Source: an uncultured virus (IMG/VR IMGVR_UViG_3300047546_001470) | Lineage: Duplodnaviria; Heunggongvirae; Uroviricota; Caudoviricetes | Direction: 5' to 3' (one strand) | Length of the DNA: 64,000 nt | Virus record (IMG/VR): IMGVR_UViG_3300047546_001470 | Shown here: piece after piece, positions 8,961 through 18,249 of the stretch | How positions within the stretch are numbered: position 1 is the first letter of the stretch | Layout of the letters: every line of letters begins with the position of its first letter | The notes under the pieces: generated by a model | Database searches by the model: none | What the model was told of the DNA's origin: nothing | Seen by the model: only the letters and a program-made list of their open reading frames with translations | Translations under genes and position numbers: made by a program

Positions 8961-9634
8961 TAGCAATGAAGCCACCACATAAATTTTTTGAATCATTTAT
9001 TGATAATGATTTAGATTTTTTATTTGACTATTTAGTAGAAAAACAATCGGAATTACTTTCTGGTTCTTTAGCACCTATTCCAGAAGATGTTTTATCAAAG
9101 TATAACAAAGATAATGGACCAACAACACAATTAGGAAACTATTATAATATTTTTAATTTTGAAAATAATGAAATTAAAAATTTAAAAATATCTTTATCTA
9201 ATTTAACTAAAGAAGCATGTGAGTATTATAATTTTAATTATGAAGAACTGGACTTTATGATTCACGGCTGGTATAATTTAGATTATAAAACTTATGGAAG
9301 TTGGGACGAAAAAAAACAAAAAATAATGGCTGTAAATGGTGGAGTTAGTCCAATAAATAATGCCCATTCATTTCATGATCATGCAGAGGGCACAGGAGCA
9401 CCAATCTTTCATGGTTATTATTGTGTTAACGCTGAACCATCTATAACATTTTATAAAATAAATAAACAAGTGTTATTTGAAAATCACAATAAAAACAATA
9501 GAGCAATAGTATCAGAAACAGGACACCCACACGGTAGAGATGATTGGTATGAGGACAAGCCAAGAATTACAATTGCTTATGATATTGCTCCAAAAGATTC
9601 TCACGTAGTAACAGAGTTATGGACAAAATTATGA
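8957..9634 (+). CDS. Putative 2OG-Fe(II) oxygenase/cupin, paralogue of the upstream gene
   Basis: Shares PHKFFE, TKEACEYY, HDH, FHGYY, AEPS, VSExGHxH and PRITIAYDI with 8301..8960. ATG 8957 overlaps the upstream TGA. Confidence 0.7.
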   Translation: MIAMKPPHKFFESFIDNDLDFLFDYLVEKQSELLSGSLAPIPEDVLSKYNKDNGPTTQLGNYYNIFNFENNEIKNLKISLSNLTKEACEYYNFNYEELDFMIHGWYNLDYKTYGSWDEKKQKIMAVNGGVSPINNAHSFHDHAEGTGAPIFHGYYCVNAEPSITFYKINKQVLFENHNKNNRAIVSETGHPHGRDDWYEDKPRITIAYDIAPKDSHVVTELWTKL

Positions 9635-9759
9635 AAAAGATAATTTGTTTTTTTAAAGGACATAACATGCAAACATCTGAATGCCCAGTTACTGGTGCAA
9701 AACTAAATATATGTCTAAGATGTTTTCCACAAAATCATTCAAGAGTAACTTTTAAATAA
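9631..9759 (+). CDS. 42-aa Cys/His small protein (possible zinc binder)
   Basis: Below the track cut-off. MKKIICFFKGHNMQTSECPVTGAKLNICLRCFPQNHSRVTFK; ATGA overlap; CxxxGH and CxxC motifs. Confidence 0.65.
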   Translation: MKKIICFFKGHNMQTSECPVTGAKLNICLRCFPQNHSRVTFK

Positions 9760-9847
9760 CTATAACCCTCAATAATAGCATAAGAGTTTTATAAAACTAA
9801 AAACTCTGGTATACTTAAATAATTACAGTTTCTTAAGGAGAATAACA

Positions 9848-11881
9848 GTGTCAGATTTTTTTAGTTTTCGCTTGTCAGAAGATTTTATAAATGAGTATAA
9901 AACAAAAGAACCACCATTTGGATTTACAGATGCTGGTGGTAATTCACTAGGAGAGATTACGTTTATTCGTACCTACTCTCGAATGAAGGAAGATGGAACT
10001 AAAGAAAGATGGTATGAGGTTTGTCGTCGAGTAATTGAGGGCATGTATTCAGCCCAAAAGAATCACGCCAAAGAAAACAGACTCCCTTGGAATGACTATA
10101 AAGCACAGGCTTCTGCAAAAGAAGCATATCAGCGTTTGTTTGAGTTAAAGTGGACACCACCAGGGCGAGGCCTATGGTCTTTTGGCACGGCACTTACAAT
10201 GGAAAAGAAAAACTCAGCAGCATTACAAAATTGTGCTATGGTATCTACAAAAGATATAGACAGAAATGATCCAGGAACATTATTTGCTTGGGTTATGGAT
10301 GCGCTTATGATGGGTGTAGGTGTAGGATTTGATACTGTCGGGGCAGAAAAAAAGTTACCTATTTATGACCCTACAGAACCACCACAGGTTTATGAAATCC
10401 CAGATACTCGTGAGGGCTGGGTAGAATCTGTTAGATTATTAATTAACTCATTTTTAAAACCTAATATGTACATACAAGAATTTAACTATGACCTCATTCG
10501 TCCTTTAGGAGCACCTATTAAAGGGTTTGGAGGCACAGCAAGCGGTCCTGCACCACTTATACAGTTACACAAGCAGATAAGGTCTGTAATCGGCGGTAGG
10601 GCAGGAGAAACACTTGACTCAAGAGCAATAGTAGATATCGTTAACCTCATTGGCACCTGCGTGGTATCAGGAAATGTTAGACGATCTGCAACATTGGCTC
10701 TAGGTAATGCTCAAGATGAAGACTTTATGAATCTTAAGAATTCTGAGGTTTTCCCAGAAAGAAATTCATTTGATCCAGAAAATCCAGGTTGGGCCTGGAT
10801 GTCAAACAATTCTGTTTCTGCGACGGTAGGCACAAAGTACGAAGAATATGTAGACCTTATTGCTAATAACGGAGAACCTGGTTTTATATGGTTAGATGTG
10901 GCAAGAAATTACGGGCGTTTAAAAGATCCTGCTGACGGAAAAGATTATAGAGTCATGGGCTTTAATCCTTGTGCAGAACAACCTTTGGAGTCATATGAAC
11001 TATGCACCTTGGTTGAAGTACATTTAAACCGTCATGAGTCTAAAGAAGATTTTTTGCGTACATTAAAGTTTGCATATTTGTATGGCAAGACGGTAACGCT
11101 GATACCAACACACTGGCAACAGACAAATGGAATTATGCAGCGTAATCGTCGCATTGGAACATCACTAACTGGTATTGCTTCATTTTCAGACAAATTTGGT
11201 TTGCCTGTTGTGCGTGAATGGATGGACGAAGGCTATGAAACTATACGTAGATATGATCATAAATATTCTGAATGGTTATGCGTTCGTGATTCCATTAGAG
11301 TCACAACTGTTAAACCATCAGGGTCTGTATCAATTCTTTCTGGCGCAACGCCTGGAGTTCACTGGGCGCCTGGTGGAAACTATTTCTTGAGAGCAATTCG
11401 TTTTGGGAATACCGACCCAATGATTCATTTGTTCAAGGCTGCTGGATATAAAATGGAGGCTGACCTTGTATCTGCGAATACAACTGTCGTTTATTTCCCA
11501 GTACATTCTGGTCATTCAAGGTCTGAAAAAGATGTAACGTTATTTGAGAAGATTGCGCTTGCTGCTACTGCTCAGAAATATTGGTCTGATAACGGCGTGT
11601 CTGTAACGCTTTCATTTGACAAAGAAACTGAAACAAAGCACATTGCGCCAGCGCTTCATATGTACGAAGGACAGTTAAAGGCGGTATCATTTTTACCTAT
11701 GGGTAATACTGTGTATCCACAACAACCATATACAGAGATTACTGAAGAGGAGTATAATAGTTATATAGGACAAATAAAGAAGATAGACTGGTCCGCTATT
11801 TACGATGGAGCAGAAAATTTGGAGGCACAGGGAGAAATGTACTGCACAACTGATGCTTGTGAGATAAGGATTAAATCATGA
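9848..11881 (+). CDS. nrdJ: Class II (adenosylcobalamin-dependent) ribonucleotide reductase, monomeric RTPR type
   Basis: PPGRGLW, LQNC, GNVRRSA, FNPCAEQ..ELCTL and TTVKPSG motifs; C-terminal redox pair YCTTDAC; no beta-subunit gene nearby. Confidence 0.93.
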   Translation: MSDFFSFRLSEDFINEYKTKEPPFGFTDAGGNSLGEITFIRTYSRMKEDGTKERWYEVCRRVIEGMYSAQKNHAKENRLPWNDYKAQASAKEAYQRLFELKWTPPGRGLWSFGTALTMEKKNSAALQNCAMVSTKDIDRNDPGTLFAWVMDALMMGVGVGFDTVGAEKKLPIYDPTEPPQVYEIPDTREGWVESVRLLINSFLKPNMYIQEFNYDLIRPLGAPIKGFGGTASGPAPLIQLHKQIRSVIGGRAGETLDSRAIVDIVNLIGTCVVSGNVRRSATLALGNAQDEDFMNLKNSEVFPERNSFDPENPGWAWMSNNSVSATVGTKYEEYVDLIANNGEPGFIWLDVARNYGRLKDPADGKDYRVMGFNPCAEQPLESYELCTLVEVHLNRHESKEDFLRTLKFAYLYGKTVTLIPTHWQQTNGIMQRNRRIGTSLTGIASFSDKFGLPVVREWMDEGYETIRRYDHKYSEWLCVRDSIRVTTVKPSGSVSILSGATPGVHWAPGGNYFLRAIRFGNTDPMIHLFKAAGYKMEADLVSANTTVVYFPVHSGHSRSEKDVTLFEKIALAATAQKYWSDNGVSVTLSFDKETETKHIAPALHMYEGQLKAVSFLPMGNTVYPQQPYTEITEEEYNSYIGQIKKIDWSAIYDGAENLEAQGEMYCTTDACEIRIKS

Positions 11882-12399
11882 TAGATAAAATAAAGTATGT
11901 AGAAGAATTTATGCCAAGAGATATTGCTTTAAGGATATCTGATTATGCAAAAAAATATACAGATGATTTTCCAGAATATGGGAATAATGAACAAGAATTT
12001 ACTGTTCATACATACAACGAAATAAAGGCTAGAGATCCAGAACTGTTGGATATAATGCAAGAGTATGCAATTAAAGTTTATAATTTTGTAAAAGAAAATT
12101 ACGATGGCCCATTTCAAGATTTCCTTCATGAAAAAACACATATAGCAAAATTTGTTGCTGGAAAAGGAATGCACGAACATTTTGATTCTAACAGACCAAA
12201 TGACATAGCAACCTTAGTTTACTTAAATGATGACTATGTCGGAGGAGATATTTATTTTCCAAAATATAACATATCCTATAAGCCAAAGCCAGGAGATCTT
12301 CTTTGTTTTCCAGACAATCCAGACTATGTTCATGGAGTAAAGGTTATAGATTTAGGAACAAGATATACTGCTCCTAGATGGTTTACACGCATCGTATGA
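11878..12399 (+). CDS. Prolyl 4-hydroxylase-like 2OG-Fe(II) oxygenase
   Basis: HFD..ATLVYLNDDYVGGDIYF..PKPGDLLCFP..HGV..GTRY gives the canonical HxD...H...R arrangement. Confidence 0.88.
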   Translation: MIDKIKYVEEFMPRDIALRISDYAKKYTDDFPEYGNNEQEFTVHTYNEIKARDPELLDIMQEYAIKVYNFVKENYDGPFQDFLHEKTHIAKFVAGKGMHEHFDSNRPNDIATLVYLNDDYVGGDIYFPKYNISYKPKPGDLLCFPDNPDYVHGVKVIDLGTRYTAPRWFTRIV

Positions 12400-12414
12400 T
12401 AAAATAGACCCATA

Positions 12415-15400
12415 ATGTCTAGTCCGTCAAATCTATATGCTGAAAAAATATTTGCTGAACATCCACAAAGACTTTGGGCTTTGGATGATAAAGTAGATTA
12501 TGTATCAATTATTAATAACTCGCACAGAGATTTTTCATCATGGGAGATAATTAATGGGTCTTCTGTTTCTACAACAGAATTTTTAGACACACCATTTCCA
12601 GAAAGCATAGTTAATAAGATAACTCCAGAAAGTTTAGAAGGAGAAACATTTTCGGTAACTTTAGAAAGTCCAGATATTATTAATGTTGATGATATTAATC
12701 AAACATTAAAAACATTTTCTATAGGTTCTTATTTTTATACTCAAAGCCCATATGTTTTGGGTGTGGAGTTAGGTTATAGATATTATGACTCAGTTTTAAG
12801 TTCTTATGTTGATGTGTTAAGACCCTACGATGTTGCAATCAGAGAAAGATGGATCTTTTTATCAGAAACTTTTAGTCCAGACTTTGATAATTCTCAAATA
12901 AAAATTATAATTAAATTTAATTTTTTATTTGCAACTAATGACGTAAACGATTATTTAGTTTATTCAAATGGTTTAACATTTGGACAATGGTCTGAAGAAT
13001 TTCATTCTCATTCATTAGGCATAACAACATCTAGTTTGCCGTCAACTATTTCCTTAGAGTCTTCACAGGTTATCCCAGCAGATGCTTACGGATTAACCGA
13101 AGACTGTGGATATTATTTTTCTAAAGATAATGCTTTAGTTGCAAAAAATTCTGGCGTACCAATGGTTTTTGGTTCACAAAGTATTACAAAAATATATAAC
13201 AATGACAATATGCCATCTTTAATTATTCCATCTTTAGGTATGCTTTCTGATTCTGGTAAGCATCAAGATTATACTTTAGAATTTTGGCTAAGAACTAATA
13301 ATGCATCAACAGAACAAAAAAGAATTATAGGTCCAATCGCATCTCAAGACGGTATATATTTGCATGGACCATTTTTATTATTAAAAATAGATGATAAATA
13401 CGGGTCTTATTATGTTGGTAAATGGGAAAGACCAATGCTTATGCATCTTAGATATACAAATAATCAATTATCCCTATTATTAAATGGTGAAGAAATTATT
13501 ACAATTACAATAAATTCTAACACAATATCCCTGCCTAGTGCATTTGATGAAAATAATAAAAGTCAAAATTGGATAGGATTTTATGCATATGAAAAAATAG
13601 AGCCAATAGAAATAGATTGTGTTGCTATATATCCATATGTAGTCCCATCTATTGTTGCCAAAAGAAGATTTGTGTTTGGCCAAGGAGTCCAGTACCCTCA
13701 AAATCTAAATTCAATATATGGCGGAGATTCTGTTTTGTTTGATTATTCTTTTGCAGACTATACTAAAAACTATAATTATCCAGATTTAGGATCGTGGAGT
13801 CAGGCATCAATAGATAATCTAATTATTGAAGATAATATGCTTACAATTCCAAATACTTTTATACCACAAATATTTACAAATAATTTTAATAAAAAAGAAC
13901 AAGATATGTTTAATGACCAAAATTTATTGTCTGAAAATTTATATCTTTCTTTAAGGCCAAACAACTCTTGGAATTTAGTTAACTCATATATATACTTTGA
14001 TAATTTTTCTTTATATAATCAAATAACAAAAGCAGTTTATGGGTTATTTGAAGTTCCAACCTCTTTTACTGGAACACAGGTTTTGATGAGAATTGAAGAC
14101 AATAATTCTAATTATTTTTCTATAGAATGTGTTAATGATAAAATTAAATATATATTAAAATATAATAGTGTTATAAAAGATATATATGAGTGTTCTAGAG
14201 TAAATGCACTATCTTCAACCAATTTAGATGACGGAGAACCTGGAGAAACTGAAAACATTATTTTTGCTGTAGGACTTGAATTAGATAAATTTAGCAACCA
14301 TTTTGGAGACAATATAATATCATTTTTTACTAATCAGTCCACATTAAAGTTATATGTTGGAGGAACAAAAGAATTTGAAAAAACTTTTACTGGAAAAATT
14401 TATAAAGTTGGAATTTGTTCTGAAAAGAATTTATTAGACATTGATAACTTATTTAATGAAATAGGTGTTCCAGTAGACTATGAAAATATATTTGACTTAT
14501 ACGAACCAGGCATAGACTTTGACGGCGGATTATATAATCAAGATAATATAGGATGGAGTGATTCTATAGGAGAAACAAATCAACTATTATATGAAGATGA
14601 AAATGATATAACAATTCCAATACTTGAAAACTATAGTTATTCTCCATCATTGCCAGACTTAAGACTTTTAAAAGATCATACCCCTAGCGTGGGCATAATT
14701 CCTAAAAAATATTTTAATAAATTTTATTTAGATGCAACTGTATCTGGGTCATGGAAAGATTATGTTCCATTGTCTTACTTTGGTCAAAACGTTGTAGATG
14801 AATATGGCAATCAAGTTTTTGAATTAGACTTTATTCAGTTTAATGTAAATTATCCAGCATCTGTTAAGTTTAAAGAAAGTGAAACAATAGATCCAAATGG
14901 ATGGCCTTATTCAGAGTTATCTGCAGAATATTCTTTCCCACAGCAAAGGTCGTATGCTTCCTTAGACAATTTCTTATATACTGGGTATTTAAATTATGAA
15001 GATTTACAACAAAAATCAATTAAGAAATATACATATGATACTTCAAATGAAATTGTTAAAACATATATTACATTTGAATATTTAGAAGAAGGTGCAAATG
15101 CTGAAGAATCATTTTTTATAAGAAAAGAAGATGTTCCAAAAAATGGCGTAATTGAGCCAGGCAGCAATTGGATAAATACAAAGTATGAGGTTGTAGATAA
15201 TGTTATTATTTATCCACCTAGCGGAGTTAATTTTAATGATTTAGCAATAGTGTTACATATAGAGGTTGACATAAATGGAATTAGATATAGTCCACTAAAA
15301 ATTAAAAATTTACAGTTAGCATCACAGGCATTTAACTATAATGGAGCAAACAGCGTTGGGACAAGGTTTGGAGTTCCAGTTTATCCATATAAGTCTACAG

Positions 15401-16212
15401 GTTATTATTTTGATTACAAAACTAAAAATCCTTTTTCTATATATAAAGGTTCGTCTCCATATTTATATTTGACAAGGGATTCTGGTTTAGAAATAAGAGG
15501 AAGTTATGATCCACTAATTAATCGTGGTGTTGCTTTATCAATCAATCCATCAAAAATACAAACATACGAGATTATGGCAATGCAAAGTTTAATAAGGTTT
15601 AATTCTGATTTTTTCCCTTATGCTCCAACACAAATAATGCAAATAAATGCAAAAAATAAAATTATCAAATTGTATATGGTTGCAAACCACCCATCTGGTA
15701 AAAGAGCAAAGATATACGCTATTGATGGAAATACTGGTGGACTATACAATGCAATATCTTTTTATTTAAATGGAAAAATTGTTAAAGAACCAGTAATTAA
15801 TATAAATGAATGGTCTTTACTTGGTATAGGATTTTCAGACATTTTAAATTTTAAATCCTATACTGGATCTATAATGATTAATGGTCCAATTATATTTAAT
15901 GCTTTATCATATTATCAAACAACTAACTTACAAGAAGTTAAGAATGTTACAAAAAGACCTTGGGCTAGAGTTAGATTTTCTGCAGATGGCATATATGAAT
16001 GGGAATATTGGAATGATTTTTATATGTGGGACGGCGTTTTGGTTCAGTCATCTAGCAGTTATTATGGTGTTGATCCTGAAGACCTATATAAGTCGTATAC
16101 TGGCACCAATAAAATTATAATAGAAGATGACAGTGTTTTTGGTATTCAGGGTTACGAATATTCTATATTTAAAGACGTAACCTGGCAATCACAAATATCA
16201 AACGCAGTATAA
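12415..16212 (+). CDS. Large virion protein with a concanavalin A/LamG-like domain
   Basis: 1265 aa; HPQRLWALDD N-terminus; YTLEFWLR..MHLRY..LLLNGE..IDCVAIY LamG-like pattern. Confidence 0.6.
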   Translation: MSSPSNLYAEKIFAEHPQRLWALDDKVDYVSIINNSHRDFSSWEIINGSSVSTTEFLDTPFPESIVNKITPESLEGETFSVTLESPDIINVDDINQTLKTFSIGSYFYTQSPYVLGVELGYRYYDSVLSSYVDVLRPYDVAIRERWIFLSETFSPDFDNSQIKIIIKFNFLFATNDVNDYLVYSNGLTFGQWSEEFHSHSLGITTSSLPSTISLESSQVIPADAYGLTEDCGYYFSKDNALVAKNSGVPMVFGSQSITKIYNNDNMPSLIIPSLGMLSDSGKHQDYTLEFWLRTNNASTEQKRIIGPIASQDGIYLHGPFLLLKIDDKYGSYYVGKWERPMLMHLRYTNNQLSLLLNGEEIITITINSNTISLPSAFDENNKSQNWIGFYAYEKIEPIEIDCVAIYPYVVPSIVAKRRFVFGQGVQYPQNLNSIYGGDSVLFDYSFADYTKNYNYPDLGSWSQASIDNLIIEDNMLTIPNTFIPQIFTNNFNKKEQDMFNDQNLLSENLYLSLRPNNSWNLVNSYIYFDNFSLYNQITKAVYGLFEVPTSFTGTQVLMRIEDNNSNYFSIECVNDKIKYILKYNSVIKDIYECSRVNALSSTNLDDGEPGETENIIFAVGLELDKFSNHFGDNIISFFTNQSTLKLYVGGTKEFEKTFTGKIYKVGICSEKNLLDIDNLFNEIGVPVDYENIFDLYEPGIDFDGGLYNQDNIGWSDSIGETNQLLYEDENDITIPILENYSYSPSLPDLRLLKDHTPSVGIIPKKYFNKFYLDATVSGSWKDYVPLSYFGQNVVDEYGNQVFELDFIQFNVNYPASVKFKESETIDPNGWPYSELSAEYSFPQQRSYASLDNFLYTGYLNYEDLQQKSIKKYTYDTSNEIVKTYITFEYLEEGANAEESFFIRKEDVPKNGVIEPGSNWINTKYEVVDNVIIYPPSGVNFNDLAIVLHIEVDINGIRYSPLKIKNLQLASQAFNYNGANSVGTRFGVPVYPYKSTGYYFDYKTKNPFSIYKGSSPYLYLTRDSGLEIRGSYDPLINRGVALSINPSKIQTYEIMAMQSLIRFNSDFFPYAPTQIMQINAKNKIIKLYMVANHPSGKRAKIYAIDGNTGGLYNAISFYLNGKIVKEPVININEWSLLGIGFSDILNFKSYTGSIMINGPIIFNALSYYQTTNLQEVKNVTKRPWARVRFSADGIYEWEYWNDFYMWDGVLVQSSSSYYGVDPEDLYKSYTGTNKIIIEDDSVFGIQGYEYSIFKDVTWQSQISNAV

Positions 16213-16230
16213 TATGGTATACTGGTGGTA

Positions 16231-16599
16231 ATGAAAAGAGAGATTCCTGGCCAAATTGGCAAAACACGAATTAAAGCAATCGACAAAATGTACGATTGGG
16301 GAATATACGTATGGAAAAAACAAAATGGAAAATGGTTTACAGATGGACAGGGAAACATTTTAAACATACCATCTATGAAGGGTGATATTTCCAAGATAGC
16401 CGAACTAAAAAAGGCTGCAGCATATTATGGAGAGCCAGAGGGCGAGGCTATATTTTTCCCAGGACTAAACCGTGTTACCGATGAAGAGTACGCAGAACAA
16501 AAGCAAAGAATGCTTGAGGGGCTAATCCCTAACCTCAACGATATGGGATCTGTTTATGATGCAAAACAAACTATTAAAAAGTATGGAGCACAAGACTAA
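16231..16599 (+). CDS. Hypothetical protein coupled to the portal gene
   Basis: ATG 16231 lies 7 nt after TGGTATACT; its stop overlaps the portal start (TAATG). Confidence 0.7.
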   Translation: MKREIPGQIGKTRIKAIDKMYDWGIYVWKKQNGKWFTDGQGNILNIPSMKGDISKIAELKKAAAYYGEPEGEAIFFPGLNRVTDEEYAEQKQRMLEGLIPNLNDMGSVYDAKQTIKKYGAQD

Positions 16600-18185
16600 T
16601 GAGCGACCAAGAATTTTTTATTAATGCAAGAATTGATAATCCAGTAGATATACTTCAGCAGTTTAAAGAAGAAGATCCATTTAATAAGTCTTGGACCGAA
16701 TTAAAGAATCTAGTCGGATTAGACAATAACTTTAAGCGCAGAGCAGGAAGACTGGCAGAAAAAGCAGTCGCTCCAGAGAACATGACGGGGTATCTAAACA
16801 ATGCTAAAGCACAGCCAACAGGTATAGACGGAGCACAATCAAAAGAGATCAATCCTGGATCTGTATATCGAAATGCTTACGGTTTATTTGATGTCATTAC
16901 ACCACCATGGAACCTTTATGAATTAGCAAATTATTATGATACATCTTTTGCAAATCATGCTGCTATTGATGCAAAGGTTGAAAATATAGTTGGTTTGGGA
17001 TATGACTTTGAGATTTCTCCAGCGACAATGCTTCGTCTTGAGTCTAATCAAGATAAAGAGCAGGTAGGAAGAGCAAGAAATAGAATTGAAAGAGCAAAGA
17101 TTGAACTACACGCATGGTTAGAGTCATTAAATGATAACGATTCATTTACTACAACTATGGTTAAGATTTATACTGATATGCAAGCAACAGGAAATGGATA
17201 TCTAGAAATAGGCAGGACTACACGTGGGGAGATAGGATATGTTGGACATATACCTTCTACAACAATGCGTGTTCGTCGTTTGCGTGATGGATATATTCAG
17301 ATAATTGGACAAAAGGTAGTTTATTTCCGTAATTTTGGCGCTAAGAATGCAAATCCAATTACTGCTGATTCAAGACCTAATGAAATTATTCATTTTAAAC
17401 AATACTCACCTCTAAATACTTTTTACGGAGTTCCCGATATACTTTCAGCAATCAATTCTTTACACGGAGATCAGTTAGCCTCACAATATAATATTGATTA
17501 TTTTAGTAATAAGGCTGTTCCAAGATATGTGGTGACACTAAAGGGTGCTAGGCTTTCTGCTGATGCAGAAGATAAGATGTTTAGATTCTTGCAAACAAAC
17601 CTTAAGGGGCAATCACATAGAACGCTGTACATACCGCTTCCTGGAGATTCTGATACAAATAAAGTTGAATTTAATATGGAGCCAATTGAAAATGGTGTGC
17701 AGGAAGGTTCATTTGAAAAATATCGTAAACAAAATCGTGATGATATTTTAATTGCACATCAGGTACCGCTATCTAAAATTGGTGGTGGAGAGTCTGGAGG
17801 AATAGCAGCAGCACTTGCACAAGATCGTACATTTAAAGAGCAGGTTGCAAGACCAGCACAAAGAGAACTTGAAAAAACATTAAATAGAATTATTAAAGAA
17901 AAGACTGATATTTTAGTTCTTAAGTTTAATGAACTAACCCTAACCGATGAAAATGTACAGTCTCAAATACTTGAAAGATATGTAAAGAATCAAGTTATGC
18001 TTCCAAACGAAGCAAGAAATATTCTTGGACTTCCACAACGGGAAGGAGGGGATGAGCCTTTCCAGCCAAAACCACAGGATACCGCAACTAGAGCACGGGA
18101 CGGAGAAAGAATGAATAATCAATCAGACAGTACCGCAACAGTTGCTGGTAGAAACCCAAAAGGTGAAGGCAGATCAACCGAGTAG
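16599..18185 (+). CDS. Portal protein
   Basis: GNGYLEI, EIIHFK..FYGVPD, YFSNKAVP and ILIAHQVP motifs (HK97/PBSX-like); upstream of the protease and capsid genes. Confidence 0.92.
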   Translation: MSDQEFFINARIDNPVDILQQFKEEDPFNKSWTELKNLVGLDNNFKRRAGRLAEKAVAPENMTGYLNNAKAQPTGIDGAQSKEINPGSVYRNAYGLFDVITPPWNLYELANYYDTSFANHAAIDAKVENIVGLGYDFEISPATMLRLESNQDKEQVGRARNRIERAKIELHAWLESLNDNDSFTTTMVKIYTDMQATGNGYLEIGRTTRGEIGYVGHIPSTTMRVRRLRDGYIQIIGQKVVYFRNFGAKNANPITADSRPNEIIHFKQYSPLNTFYGVPDILSAINSLHGDQLASQYNIDYFSNKAVPRYVVTLKGARLSADAEDKMFRFLQTNLKGQSHRTLYIPLPGDSDTNKVEFNMEPIENGVQEGSFEKYRKQNRDDILIAHQVPLSKIGGGESGGIAAALAQDRTFKEQVARPAQRELEKTLNRIIKEKTDILVLKFNELTLTDENVQSQILERYVKNQVMLPNEARNILGLPQREGGDEPFQPKPQDTATRARDGERMNNQSDSTATVAGRNPKGEGRSTE

Positions 18186-18249
18186 TATACACAGGTTTTT
18201 CCACAATTTATTAACATTTGTATAAAAAGGCTCTATAATATATTCTAGT

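Noticed and set aside
9760..9847. Cobalamin riboswitch or NrdR box before nrdJ
   Set aside because: The intergenic region is under 90 nt and AT-rich, with no recognisable consensus.
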